DNA of 64,000 nucleotides, taken from a virus (Duplodnaviria; Caudoviricetes). This document shows, in pieces, positions 47,006-56,773 of this stretch. The notes under the pieces were generated by a model. The model made no database searches. It worked only from the letters and a program-made list of their open reading frames with translations, and was not told where the DNA came from. The stretch lies in IMG/VR virus record IMGVR_UViG_3300013947_000024, positions 32,001 through 96,000 of that record; one strand, written 5' to 3'. The first letter of the stretch is position 1. Each line of letters starts with the position of its first letter. The translations under genes were made by a program, and so were the position numbers.

Positions 47006-48481
47006 ATGGCAAAGAGACTTAATCCTAACTTATGGGAAGATTCAAGATTAAAGCCAGAAGTATTAGAAGGCGTTAAGAACATATATGAATTCTTCATCCA
47101 CCACTTTATAGACGAGTCAATCCCTCTTGACCCAGTAGATGTGAGAATCGTCGGCTCTAATGCCGCGTATAATTATACAGACAAGTCTGATGTGGATATT
47201 CACATTGTAGACGGAAATACAAACAAAAAAGATATTACCCGATATGCTCAGTGGAAAGCTACGAGAGATTTTAACGATAAATATGAAATCACTCTTAAAG
47301 GCGTCCCTGTTGAGCTTTATATCGAAGACATAGATAAGCCCGCTGTGTCAAACGGTGTTTATTCTGTTACGGATGAAAGATGGCTACGCTATCCTCTTCC
47401 AGAACGCTCGTCAGAGGCGTCAGAATTGCCTACAATCGACGAAAGCAATGAATGGGTACAACTAATCACAAAAGCAGAGAAAAACGCGTCAGCTAAAGAA
47501 ATTCAGGCGCTTATCGACAAACTCTATGCCATGCGCAAGGAATCCATTGCAGATGATGGTGAAAAGGGTAAGGGGAACCTTATGTTTAAGGCTCTCCGTA
47601 ACGCTGGCTATATTGACAGAATCAAGAAGGCATTGGATAAAGCTGTATCAAAGGAATTATCCGTAGAGAGCCTTCATGAGTGCTTGCTTGAAAGAACACG
47701 CTCTGACCTTATTCGCCAGTCAAAAGATAGCGCTAAGGGAAGACAAAGATACGATAGAAGAACAAAATCAAGTGTAGCAAGAACGGTTCAACAGTATAAC
47801 GAGATAGACATGAATAAGCTCTTCAAAGAGGATATTCTCACCGTTGACCTTCCTGTAAGAGGAGAAACAGATAATTATACTGTTAAAGTCAGCTTTGGTG
47901 GATTTCTTGATTCCCTACATGATGAAATGAAGAGGAATAACGGTGAGTTTGATTTCCGAGCCGTAACGAGAGCACTTCTTACTTGCTTTGATAGAGATGA
48001 CACATTTGTAGGGTGTAGTTGCGCCGACTTCCGCTATCGCTTCGCATATGTAGCAACAAAACGAGACTATATGTCAATGCTCCCCCAAATGATTCCCGCA
48101 AATATAACGAATCCAAAAGACTCATTGGGAAGTGCTTGTAAGCATGTTCTTCTTGTACTGGCTAATCATTCATGGCTATTAAAGGTAGCGAGCGTAATAA
48201 AGAACTATGTCACCTATATGGAAAGACATTATCAGAAAATGTACGCAGATATTATTTATCCCGCCATCTACGAGAAACCGTATGAAGGTGGGGTACAAAT
48301 CACTATTGATGACGAGCAAAATGTTCCCCAAAAGGACACCATTACGCAAGCTAATATTGCCGCTCAGCAAGGAAGTAGATTCCAAAAGGGCAATGTGCAG
48401 GGCGTAAGGTTTGCTCCTAAATCAAAGCCTGATGAGCAGATAAGCATTGAAGACGAAGAAGAAGTAACTGAAGAAAATTAA
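47006..48481 (+). CDS. Pol-beta-type nucleotidyltransferase fused to a SWIM zinc-finger domain
   Basis: IVGSNA.YNY...SDVDIH and VELY motifs; linker LSVESLHECLLER; CSC.DF...CKH SWIM motif. Confidence 0.7.
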   Translation: MAKRLNPNLWEDSRLKPEVLEGVKNIYEFFIHHFIDESIPLDPVDVRIVGSNAAYNYTDKSDVDIHIVDGNTNKKDITRYAQWKATRDFNDKYEITLKGVPVELYIEDIDKPAVSNGVYSVTDERWLRYPLPERSSEASELPTIDESNEWVQLITKAEKNASAKEIQALIDKLYAMRKESIADDGEKGKGNLMFKALRNAGYIDRIKKALDKAVSKELSVESLHECLLERTRSDLIRQSKDSAKGRQRYDRRTKSSVARTVQQYNEIDMNKLFKEDILTVDLPVRGETDNYTVKVSFGGFLDSLHDEMKRNNGEFDFRAVTRALLTCFDRDDTFVGCSCADFRYRFAYVATKRDYMSMLPQMIPANITNPKDSLGSACKHVLLVLANHSWLLKVASVIKNYVTYMERHYQKMYADIIYPAIYEKPYEGGVQITIDDEQNVPQKDTITQANIAAQQGSRFQKGNVQGVRFAPKSKPDEQISIEDEEEVTEEN

Positions 48482-48516
48482 CAAAAAATTAACATGAGAA
48501 AACTTCTTGCTTGTAG

Positions 48517-48880
48517 AAAACGAATCATATAACGTAGTGGAACGGAGATTGGCTGACGGAAGGAAGCCAATCGACGTTATGTATTATTACTAAGAGATAA
48601 CGTAATACTATAGACGGTAGGTAAGTATTAAGTATTACGTAATAACTTAGTTATAACGTAATACTACAGACATAACGTTAAGTAGAGAATACTACGTTAT
48701 TTTGAGGTAAATATTCTATTATTCCCCTATGGGGAAATAAAGTATTTACCTCCATTACGTAATACTATAGACATAACGTATGGTTCACGAGATAACGTAA
48801 GATCTTAGTTAATACGTATTATTACAGTATAAACGTATTATAGAGAGTATTACGTAAGATATAAGTATATGATTCGTTTT
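48517..48880. repeat. Non-coding element bounded by 15-bp inverted repeats, with internal direct repeats
   Basis: AAAACGAATCATATA (48517) / TATATGATTCGTTTT (48866); three copies of ACGTAATACTA(T/C)AGAC; many (A/T)ACGT(A/T) cores; two hairpins. Confidence 0.75.
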
Positions 48881-48911
48881 TCGAAAATTCAAGTAAGGAG
48901 ATAAAAATTTA

Positions 48912-49667
48912 ATGGAACTTTCCTCTATTGCAAGTCAATATACACTTCCGTCCCTTGGGAAGATTTACGGAAGAGAGTTTGACCCCGTTGTCACATTACG
49001 GTCTATGACTACTGCTGACGAGATGAGAAGACTTAACCCTACGGATAGACCTTGTAAGGCTATGTCAGAGATTATTGACGCTTGTATTGAACAGAGTCTT
49101 CCTATTTCGTCTTATGATATGTGCCTTGGAGATTATCAATATCTTCTTCATAGACTTCGTGTTGTTACCTACGGAGCAAAATATCCTGTTGTTACGGTTT
49201 GCCCTTATTGTGGCGTATCTTCTAAGCAGGACTTAAATCTTGAAGACCTTCCTGTGTTACAGTATACGGATAATGTTCTTAATCTTATGGAATTTGATCT
49301 TCCTAAGACTGGAAAGCATATTAAGTTAAGATTTCAGACTCCTCGTATGCTTGATGAGGTAGCTCTTCGGGCGAAAGAACTCCGTAAAAAGCAGGGTGAC
49401 GCATTTGTAGACCCGACTCTCTCTCTTACTGTGGAAAGCATGATTGATACGGTTGATGGGCATAAGCCCGACCTTATTAAACTTTCACAATGGGTTTCTT
49501 CTCTCCCAATGATGGACACGAATATCATTCTTCAGAGAGCGGAGAAACTTAATAGCAGTATCGGCGTATCAAGAGAGCTTGACATTGAATGTGATGCTTG
49601 CGGACTTGACTACAAGACGCAGATGCCGATGAACGCAGAATTTTTTCGACCCAGCGCAGACCTCTGA
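48912..49667 (+). CDS. Tail assembly chaperone/baseplate hub (T4 gp26-like)
   Basis: LPSLG..Y, MTTADE, GDYQYLL..LR, CPYCG, C..CG, ends EFFRP; precedes tape measure. Confidence 0.75.
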   Translation: MELSSIASQYTLPSLGKIYGREFDPVVTLRSMTTADEMRRLNPTDRPCKAMSEIIDACIEQSLPISSYDMCLGDYQYLLHRLRVVTYGAKYPVVTVCPYCGVSSKQDLNLEDLPVLQYTDNVLNLMEFDLPKTGKHIKLRFQTPRMLDEVALRAKELRKKQGDAFVDPTLSLTVESMIDTVDGHKPDLIKLSQWVSSLPMMDTNIILQRAEKLNSSIGVSRELDIECDACGLDYKTQMPMNAEFFRPSADL

Positions 49668-49869
49668 TGGAAAGCCGTATAGAGATACTGCGCTAAAGAT
49701 AATCGTACAAAAGAAATATATCATTGCCAAGAAGCTGAATACTCCGTACACGGAAACAGAAAAGATTCCGCCTATGGAGCGAGAAATCTTGCTTTCTATG
49801 ATTCAGGAAGAAGTCAGAAAGCAAGAAGAAGATATAAAAGCGGCTAAGGCGGCTATGAAGAAACACTAA
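49641..49869 (+). CDS. Probable frameshift extension of the tail chaperone
   Basis: +1 frame is open 49633-49869 with no start codon near its 5' end; overlaps GAA TTT TTT C. Confidence 0.6.
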
Positions 49870-49884
49870 TGCGGAGGTATACAC

Positions 49885-52188
49885 ATGGCGTCCAAATTAA
49901 ACGATGCTATCTCGTCAAATGCTGGTTTTTCACAGCGAGACTATGATAGTAGCCTTAAGCTATATTCGCAGTATATCGACGGCGTGTTAAAGCTCGAGCT
50001 TGCTTCCGCGAATCAGGTTGATAAAGTAAAGAGACAGCTTTACGGAAGTAGAACAAAGTATAATAAACAAGAAGAAGCGCGTGCTGAAAAAATTGCCATT
50101 CAATATCAAGAACAGAGATATAAACATATGTCTCTGCTTGAAAAAAAGGCGTTTGATGAAAAGAAGAAGAATGACATCGCTTCTTACAGGGAGCAATTAA
50201 AGGATCAGCAAGCTCTTCAAGAGGCTCGTATTAAGAGTGCGCACATGTCTGCTGACGCGGAGAAAAAGGCACTCGCGAAGGTTCAGGCGTCTTACGCAAA
50301 GAAACAAGCAGAAATCAATCAAGAGGAGCTTGATAACAAAAAGAAGCTCGAGAGATATGATAAAGTTGCATATCAGAGACTTTCGCAAGAGGATAAGTTA
50401 AAAGCAAAGGCACAGAAAAAAGAAGAGGCTTACGAAGAGAAAAAGAAAAAGACAGATGAGGCGAGACTTAAACTCCTTGAATTACAAGAGCGGAAGGCAA
50501 AGGATGCGGCTTCTGTAAGCGATGAGGATATGGCAAAAGCGCAAGCTGAGGCTGACACTGCGGAGGCAGAAGAAGACCGTGCTGGAAAACAGGCGCAGAA
50601 CGCACAGCTCGTGTCGAACATGTATATGTCAGCCGCTAAGGCTATGTTCAATGTTGCCAATAAAATGAACAACGAGGTCGAGTCCGCGATTGATTTCATT
50701 AAAGAGAACCAATCTGCAATCTCTACTCGTCTTCTTGGCACAGGAAAGACATATGAAGGCATTACGGGACTGATTAAATCAAACCTTGCTGTAAGCCCCT
50801 ATGTTACGCAGAGAGCCACTCTTGAAAATCTTGCAAAACTGGTAGACTCTGGTATTTCTTATAATATCGAGCAGAGAGCGTTTCTTGCTACGATTTCAGA
50901 TAAAATTGCTACAACATTTGACGCGTTCGATTCTAACCTGACGCGTCTGATTCGTTTGCAACAGGCGGATATTACAGCGTCGAGACTTGGGATTGAGGCG
51001 TCGTTGAATAGCGCACTTAACTCCATGTTCTCTGACACAAGCTATCTCAAAGATATGTATGATACCGTTGCTGGAGCACTTGTAGACGCGGAATCACAAA
51101 TGACGAGAGAACAGGCAACAGAGTTTGAATACACAGTTCAGAAATATCTCGGTGCTCTGTATTCACTTGGTCTTTCACAATCTGCGGTGAGTCAAATTGC
51201 TACGGGGCTTGGCTATCTTGGCACTGGTAATATTGAGGCGTTGTCTGGCAACTCGCAACTTATGAGCTTGCTTGGCATGGCGGCTTCAAGAGGTGGAGTT
51301 GATTTAGGCTCACTTCTTACGGGTGGCGTTACGGGGCAAAACGCAAACGACCTCTTGAAGGGTATGATTGAATACCTTCGAGAAATTGCCACATCTACCG
51401 ATAACATGGCAACAAAGTCTGCGTATGGTTCCGTGTTCGGTCTTGGAATGTCTGATTTGCGAGCACTTGCTAACTTGACAGCGACAGACATTACAAATCT
51501 GTATAAGCAGGAAATGACATACAGTAAGTCTCTTGATACCGTTCAAACACTGCTGAATACGGTTGGCGGAAGAATTAGTACGACAGAACTTGTAAGCAAT
51601 GTGTTCTCTAATGCTATGTTCTCTTCAGGAGAGGCTCTTGCACAAAGCCCTCTCGGATATATTCCTTGGCTTGTTACATCAACAATTAAGGACTTAACTG
51701 GCGGCACAGAAATCCCCATGGTTATGGGGTCGGGCGCTAACACATCAATTGAAAGCCTTATGCAGACCGCTTTGGTTGGTGCTGGCTTGCTTGGTTCTAT
51801 TGGAAGCATTATGTCGAGCATTGGATCTGGTGGTGGTATTGACCTTGGCAAATGGGGCGGCACTGAATGGACTGTCAGAGGCACGGACTGGAAGGGGATT
51901 ACGGGAGGAGTTAGAACTGGCGTTTCTCTCGGTGCTTATGTTGGTGGTTCTGGTGAAGACATCAAGTCAGATGTTTTGCAGAGATCGCAAGAAGAGATTA
52001 AACAACAAACTGGCGATACAGAAACCATTGATACAGAAGCTCTGTACGCCGCTTTGTTTGGAGGAGAAAAGGGAGAAAGAAAGCCTATCCTTGTTGAAAT
52101 CAATAGCGTTACGAGCGGAGTGAAAATTCCTGTCAATGTAGAAGATACAGAGACTAATCCTATCAATGTAACACCCACAATGCGATAA
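49885..52188 (+). CDS. Tape measure protein
   Basis: 767 aa; charged coiled-coil N-half and G/A/S/L-rich C-half; position; GGAGG RBS. Confidence 0.75.
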   Translation: MASKLNDAISSNAGFSQRDYDSSLKLYSQYIDGVLKLELASANQVDKVKRQLYGSRTKYNKQEEARAEKIAIQYQEQRYKHMSLLEKKAFDEKKKNDIASYREQLKDQQALQEARIKSAHMSADAEKKALAKVQASYAKKQAEINQEELDNKKKLERYDKVAYQRLSQEDKLKAKAQKKEEAYEEKKKKTDEARLKLLELQERKAKDAASVSDEDMAKAQAEADTAEAEEDRAGKQAQNAQLVSNMYMSAAKAMFNVANKMNNEVESAIDFIKENQSAISTRLLGTGKTYEGITGLIKSNLAVSPYVTQRATLENLAKLVDSGISYNIEQRAFLATISDKIATTFDAFDSNLTRLIRLQQADITASRLGIEASLNSALNSMFSDTSYLKDMYDTVAGALVDAESQMTREQATEFEYTVQKYLGALYSLGLSQSAVSQIATGLGYLGTGNIEALSGNSQLMSLLGMAASRGGVDLGSLLTGGVTGQNANDLLKGMIEYLREIATSTDNMATKSAYGSVFGLGMSDLRALANLTATDITNLYKQEMTYSKSLDTVQTLLNTVGGRISTTELVSNVFSNAMFSSGEALAQSPLGYIPWLVTSTIKDLTGGTEIPMVMGSGANTSIESLMQTALVGAGLLGSIGSIMSSIGSGGGIDLGKWGGTEWTVRGTDWKGITGGVRTGVSLGAYVGGSGEDIKSDVLQRSQEEIKQQTGDTETIDTEALYAALFGGEKGERKPILVEINSVTSGVKIPVNVEDTETNPINVTPTMR

Positions 52189-52201
52189 CGGAGGCGTTTG
52201 A

Positions 52202-53716
52202 ATGTTTCAACAGTTTTTCACTACCACTGTTGTTGGTAGTTTTATCAAGGCGTTGTTACAGTCAACGCCTCTTCCTAAATATAAGACAGTAAAAGATGGA
52301 GATAAAGTTCGCGCTGACTTTGTTTATGTTTATGGTATTTACCTGATTAAGTGTACGGAGACTGGAACAATCGGAGGCGACGCGACATACGATATTATTA
52401 AAAATGCCTTTGACGCCCCTACGGATAGCTCTGGAACATTTTTCTTCGGGGAGCAATACGCTGGAAGAACCGACCATATACACTCTCTGAATTCCTATTA
52501 CGACGAAGACACCCATGAGGCTCTTGGTAATTATTTAAGATGTTATCGCGATCTTAAAGGAATTGATCTTATGCCGTTCTACAATTGCTTTTCATATAGA
52601 GTTGCAACGGACTTTTATATGGAGAAAAACGCGAACGGAGAAATGGAAATTAAGGAATCGTATGAAGATAAATATAAGGTGCTTTTGATTCCTATTCGTT
52701 TTAATCAAAAGTATTCCGTCTTCGTGGATAGCATTTCTCCTGTGGTGATTCGTCCAGTCATTTACAACAATGGACTTGTAAGAAACGCGAAGAACGCTAA
52801 TTATTTGTATAACAATGTGGTGTTTGAAGATAATTCGTCGCCATATAAGAGATATAGCCAAAGTTCATATAATTCGCCGATTGTGGTTGGCGTGAAGACC
52901 AAGGAAGATAGCACAAACGACGAACAAAATCAGGCATACGCACAAGAGCGTTATCTTTATCTTGCTCTTCAATTATCAAAAGACAACAAGTCTTCTATCT
53001 GCGTTCTTGAGGGAGAATACAAACACGGTGACAACGCGACATGGACGGTAGGGAACAAATCAAATTGGGATTCTCTTGAATTTAATAACGAATATGAGGC
53101 TCTCCCGTTTGGAACATTAGAAGATCATGGTGCATATCGAGTCGGTGACGCTGATGCAATAGAATATGAATATCCAGACAACGTAAGCGATGGATTTTAT
53201 GCTTTAGTGTCTTTTACACCTCGAGATGGTTTTGGTGGAATAGTCGACTTCTATGATGATATAGAATTCCGTGGCGATGATGTAATAAATAACCAATTCA
53301 CTTATGTGTTGGGGAAATCTTACGATGCACTATTCACATATAATGGCAAGAAAATTGTAACCATTCAGGCTGTGCCAGACAATAATGCGTCTATCGTATC
53401 CGATAGACAACTTTCGACTCTTTCTCTGACACAAATGAACGACGGAAATATCTACGCATTTTCAGACAGACTTGTTGAATATCTTTTGAAGAATGTTATC
53501 GACAGTGACGATACTATCGACGATAATGTAGTGAGGGTGCAATCCAAATCAAAGCAACTTCTTGGATATACGGGCAGTCTTAATGGCGTTTATGGAGACG
53601 ACTTAAAGAAACTCATCTTCAACAAATATATGAGAGAAGTAAATCCAAAAGCATTGGATATTACAGGATATACAGATAAAGATATAGAGGGGTGGCTTGA
53701 TTCGTATGGCAGATAA
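52202..53716 (+). CDS. Hypothetical tail/baseplate protein
   Basis: 504-aa ORF with GGAGG RBS in the baseplate module. Confidence 0.65.
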   Translation: MFQQFFTTTVVGSFIKALLQSTPLPKYKTVKDGDKVRADFVYVYGIYLIKCTETGTIGGDATYDIIKNAFDAPTDSSGTFFFGEQYAGRTDHIHSLNSYYDEDTHEALGNYLRCYRDLKGIDLMPFYNCFSYRVATDFYMEKNANGEMEIKESYEDKYKVLLIPIRFNQKYSVFVDSISPVVIRPVIYNNGLVRNAKNANYLYNNVVFEDNSSPYKRYSQSSYNSPIVVGVKTKEDSTNDEQNQAYAQERYLYLALQLSKDNKSSICVLEGEYKHGDNATWTVGNKSNWDSLEFNNEYEALPFGTLEDHGAYRVGDADAIEYEYPDNVSDGFYALVSFTPRDGFGGIVDFYDDIEFRGDDVINNQFTYVLGKSYDALFTYNGKKIVTIQAVPDNNASIVSDRQLSTLSLTQMNDGNIYAFSDRLVEYLLKNVIDSDDTIDDNVVRVQSKSKQLLGYTGSLNGVYGDDLKKLIFNKYMREVNPKALDITGYTDKDIEGWLDSYGR

Positions 53717-54359
53717 GTACACAGAAGCATATTACAATCAACTCTCACGCAACGCACAAGCCACGACAGCGCACTCTCTGTCGATGATAGACAACTACAT
53801 ATATCTTTACCATACCAACACCGTTATCGTGCTTCCTACCTACCCTGAGACGGTCACAGACAGTATGAGTGCAAACTTCTCTACTACAACACCACTTGGA
53901 AGGTCGGCTCCTATCTACTCCTATTCGAGTTCTGGACCGAGAACGGTTGGTTTTTCGTTAAATCTTCATAGGGATATGATGAACGCAATCAACTATCAAT
54001 CGAGCAACGCAAATATCGAAATTGGCGATGATTATGTTGATGCCATGATTAAACAATTGCAGGCGGCTGTTGTTCCTAAATATAGTGCAACAGAGAGAAT
54101 GGTTAATCCTCCTATTGTAGCCGTTAGACTTGGTGATGATATTTTCTGTAAAGGCGTTGTTACTGGAGCGCTTCAAATCACATATGGACTTCCTATCATC
54201 GAGATTAACGGAAAGAATAAATATGCACAATGCACCGTTTCTTTTAGTGTCAGTGAGATTCAACCTTATGGCGCTGATGAGATTATGAGAGACGGAAGTT
54301 TTAGAGGAGTGTCTACTACACTGGAGCGGAACATTTGGAAAACCACGGGAGGACTTTGA
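53706..54359 (+). CDS. Baseplate/tail-tube initiator-like protein
   Basis: P..VTDS..ANF..LGRS.PIY.YS..GPRTV.FSL...PPIV motifs typical of tube initiators. Confidence 0.7.
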   Translation: MADKYTEAYYNQLSRNAQATTAHSLSMIDNYIYLYHTNTVIVLPTYPETVTDSMSANFSTTTPLGRSAPIYSYSSSGPRTVGFSLNLHRDMMNAINYQSSNANIEIGDDYVDAMIKQLQAAVVPKYSATERMVNPPIVAVRLGDDIFCKGVVTGALQITYGLPIIEINGKNKYAQCTVSFSVSEIQPYGADEIMRDGSFRGVSTTLERNIWKTTGGL

Positions 54360-54364
54360 GTAAT

Positions 54365-54688
54365 ATGTCTGATAAGATTACGCAAAAATCATATAAAGAT
54401 TATGTAAGGCTCTCTCGTTATGCGGCATTCCCGTACTACTTCAATGTGCAGGATAACAAGTATATTTATGGCACTACGGCGAATTTAAGAGATGATACAC
54501 CGTTTACGGCTCATACGGTTGCTGCTGGTGATACTCTTGATACGCTTGCTCTTGAATATTACAATAACCCGACCTATTATTGGGTGATTGCAGACTTCAA
54601 TAGAATCCAAGACCCGTATCAGAAATTGAAAGATGGAGAGATTCTTAAAATACCGTCAATCACGGCGATTAAGTTTGAGGAATACTAA
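54365..54688 (+). CDS. LysM-domain baseplate wedge protein (gp53/tail X-like)
   Basis: HTVAAGDTLDTLALEYYNNPTYYWVIADFN..LKIP. Confidence 0.8.
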   Translation: MSDKITQKSYKDYVRLSRYAAFPYYFNVQDNKYIYGTTANLRDDTPFTAHTVAAGDTLDTLALEYYNNPTYYWVIADFNRIQDPYQKLKDGEILKIPSITAIKFEEY

Positions 54689-55930
54689 ATGCAACTGCTA
54701 ACATTTCCGAGTCTTGTTGAGGCTCCGTTCATTATTGTAAAAATCGGGGATTATACATTCGGCAACTATGACAAGAAGTCGGTAAATAGCAAGTTGTTCG
54801 ATGTAAAGTACCCCAACTTTATGAAGTCGATGAGTATTCGTAAGGTCAACGGCGCTGTCAATACATATACTATCGTTATGGAGTACGGAATTACGCAGGG
54901 AGACGACCCTAACTTCCTTGAAAGAGTTTTTAGCTCTATCTCTGCTAACCGCACTATTGAAATTAGCTACGGCGATTACGCATATCCAACATTCATTTAT
55001 GCAAAAGAGAGTGCTCTGATTTCTAAGATTACAAGTAACACAGACTTTGGCAACTCTCGAATTACTTATACGATTTCGTGTGTTAGTAAGGCGTTTGGTG
55101 CACGAGCTGGCACATACACTTTCCCGAGGACATATAGCAAGCCGAGTTCGGTGATCAGCGATATTATCAGCCAACATAGCTACGGAATTAGTGACATTTT
55201 TCCGGGCATGAGGGACGCAAGCAAGGTATTGTCTTCTGGTCTTATCCCTACAGATGATGTGGCTGTGACAATGGAGTCAAAAACTTGCTCTCTGCTGGAT
55301 TATCTGAATTATGCCGTCAGCTGTATGCAGAGTAGCACTGATAATCCAGATGATGTAATCAAGAAGACAAGATACTATCTCACAATTCGAGATGATGTGA
55401 CAGAAGATTTCGACGGGACTTATTTCCGTATTACGGAAGTCGCTACGGCGTCGAGTGGTAACTCTAATTATGAGAAAGCAGAGAATGTGTATGAGGTGGA
55501 TATTGGTTATCCCACCAACGACCTTGTATCTGGCTTTACAATTAACACAAACGATGTGTATAGTATTTTGTATAACACATCGAAGAATATCAAACAGTCC
55601 GATTATGTCTATCGCATTTCAGACGATGGAACAGTAGAAGATGTTTATTCTCCTACGATTTCCAACAATGTGGATATGCTTCATACAGGAGCGAGCGATA
55701 AAACATGGTGGACGAATATGACGCAGTTCCCTATCACAGCTACAATGACAGTCAAAGGACTACTGCGACCGCTTATGCTTATGAGCTATGTGAAGATAAA
55801 TGTCTACTTCTATGGAGCGAAGCATATATCAAGCGGACTTTATATCATAACGCAACAAGAAGACTTTATAGACCAAAGTGGTTATAAGTCTGTACTAAAT
55901 CTTACGAGAGTGGGTGGGGATAAACAGTGA
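54689..55930 (+). CDS. Baseplate hub protein (gp27/gpD-like)
   Basis: Position after LysM; C-terminal SGLYII...D.I...GY.S.L.LTR motif. Confidence 0.65.
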   Translation: MQLLTFPSLVEAPFIIVKIGDYTFGNYDKKSVNSKLFDVKYPNFMKSMSIRKVNGAVNTYTIVMEYGITQGDDPNFLERVFSSISANRTIEISYGDYAYPTFIYAKESALISKITSNTDFGNSRITYTISCVSKAFGARAGTYTFPRTYSKPSSVISDIISQHSYGISDIFPGMRDASKVLSSGLIPTDDVAVTMESKTCSLLDYLNYAVSCMQSSTDNPDDVIKKTRYYLTIRDDVTEDFDGTYFRITEVATASSGNSNYEKAENVYEVDIGYPTNDLVSGFTINTNDVYSILYNTSKNIKQSDYVYRISDDGTVEDVYSPTISNNVDMLHTGASDKTWWTNMTQFPITATMTVKGLLRPLMLMSYVKINVYFYGAKHISSGLYIITQQEDFIDQSGYKSVLNLTRVGGDKQ

Positions 55931-56391
55931 TTACAAGAGCCTTTATTACCGAAGTAATCAGCGCGAAAAAGGTTCGTGTGAGAATTCCCATCTACGACCG
56001 TATTCCTAAAGCTGGTCTGTCGGTTCAGAACAAAGACTTGTCTATTGCTACGATTTGTACACCTCCGAATATGGTGTATAATCCGCAAGTCGGAGATGTT
56101 GTGTTTGTAGGTTTTGAAGATTATGACGTGGGCAAGCCAGTTGTAATCGGGTATCTTATGACAGATATTGAGAGGTCTGACGCAGAGGGCAATGAATCAA
56201 GCGCCCCTGCATTTAATCCGCTCTCACTAAATGTATCGCAGAGTGCTATTATGCCCTACAACACGAATATAGGCTCTGTACGCCCCGAAGAGATTAAGAC
56301 GCTTGAGAACGCGTCTGCAAACATTCAAGACCAAATAGACGCATTGGTGAGCCGTGTAGAGGCATTAGAGAAGCAGAGCGGAGGTAATTAA
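55927..56391 (+). CDS. Baseplate spike (gp5/gpV OB-fold)
   Basis: KVRVRIP...PQVGDVVFVGFE....PVVIG motif. Confidence 0.75.
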   Translation: MITRAFITEVISAKKVRVRIPIYDRIPKAGLSVQNKDLSIATICTPPNMVYNPQVGDVVFVGFEDYDVGKPVVIGYLMTDIERSDAEGNESSAPAFNPLSLNVSQSAIMPYNTNIGSVRPEEIKTLENASANIQDQIDALVSRVEALEKQSGGN

Positions 56392-56392
56392 G

Positions 56393-56767
56393 GTGCAATC
56401 AATTGCTTTCCCTAACATATTTAGTAATATGTATACAAACACGGTAGAAGATAAAGAGGCAACCAAACAAAACTTGCTTCTTCTTCTATCGTCTGAAAAA
56501 ACATCTCTTTTTGGCGACCCGTATTTCGGAACCACCTTAAAGAAGGTAATATATGAGCAGAACACTGGAATTCTTGCCGATCTTGTAATAGACGCGCTGT
56601 ATACGGCAATTCAGCAGTTCATGCCACAGATATATTTACAGAGGAAAGATATTCGTATTGAGCTCAGAGGTAGAGAGCTTTATGCGAAAATTACATACAG
56701 AAATTTAATCGACTATCAGCTTGATTCCTATACGATCAATCTGACGGAAGATACTTTGGAGGGATAA
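56393..56767 (+). CDS. Baseplate wedge (gp25-like)
   Basis: NL.LLLSSEK..LFGDPYFGT.L motif. Confidence 0.8.
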   Translation: MQSIAFPNIFSNMYTNTVEDKEATKQNLLLLLSSEKTSLFGDPYFGTTLKKVIYEQNTGILADLVIDALYTAIQQFMPQIYLQRKDIRIELRGRELYAKITYRNLIDYQLDSYTINLTEDTLEG

Positions 56768-56773
56768 AGATAC

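Noticed and set aside
48590-48860. CRISPR array
   Set aside because: Repeats are short (~16 bp), irregularly spaced, with cores in both orientations; spacers are themselves repetitive; no cas genes.
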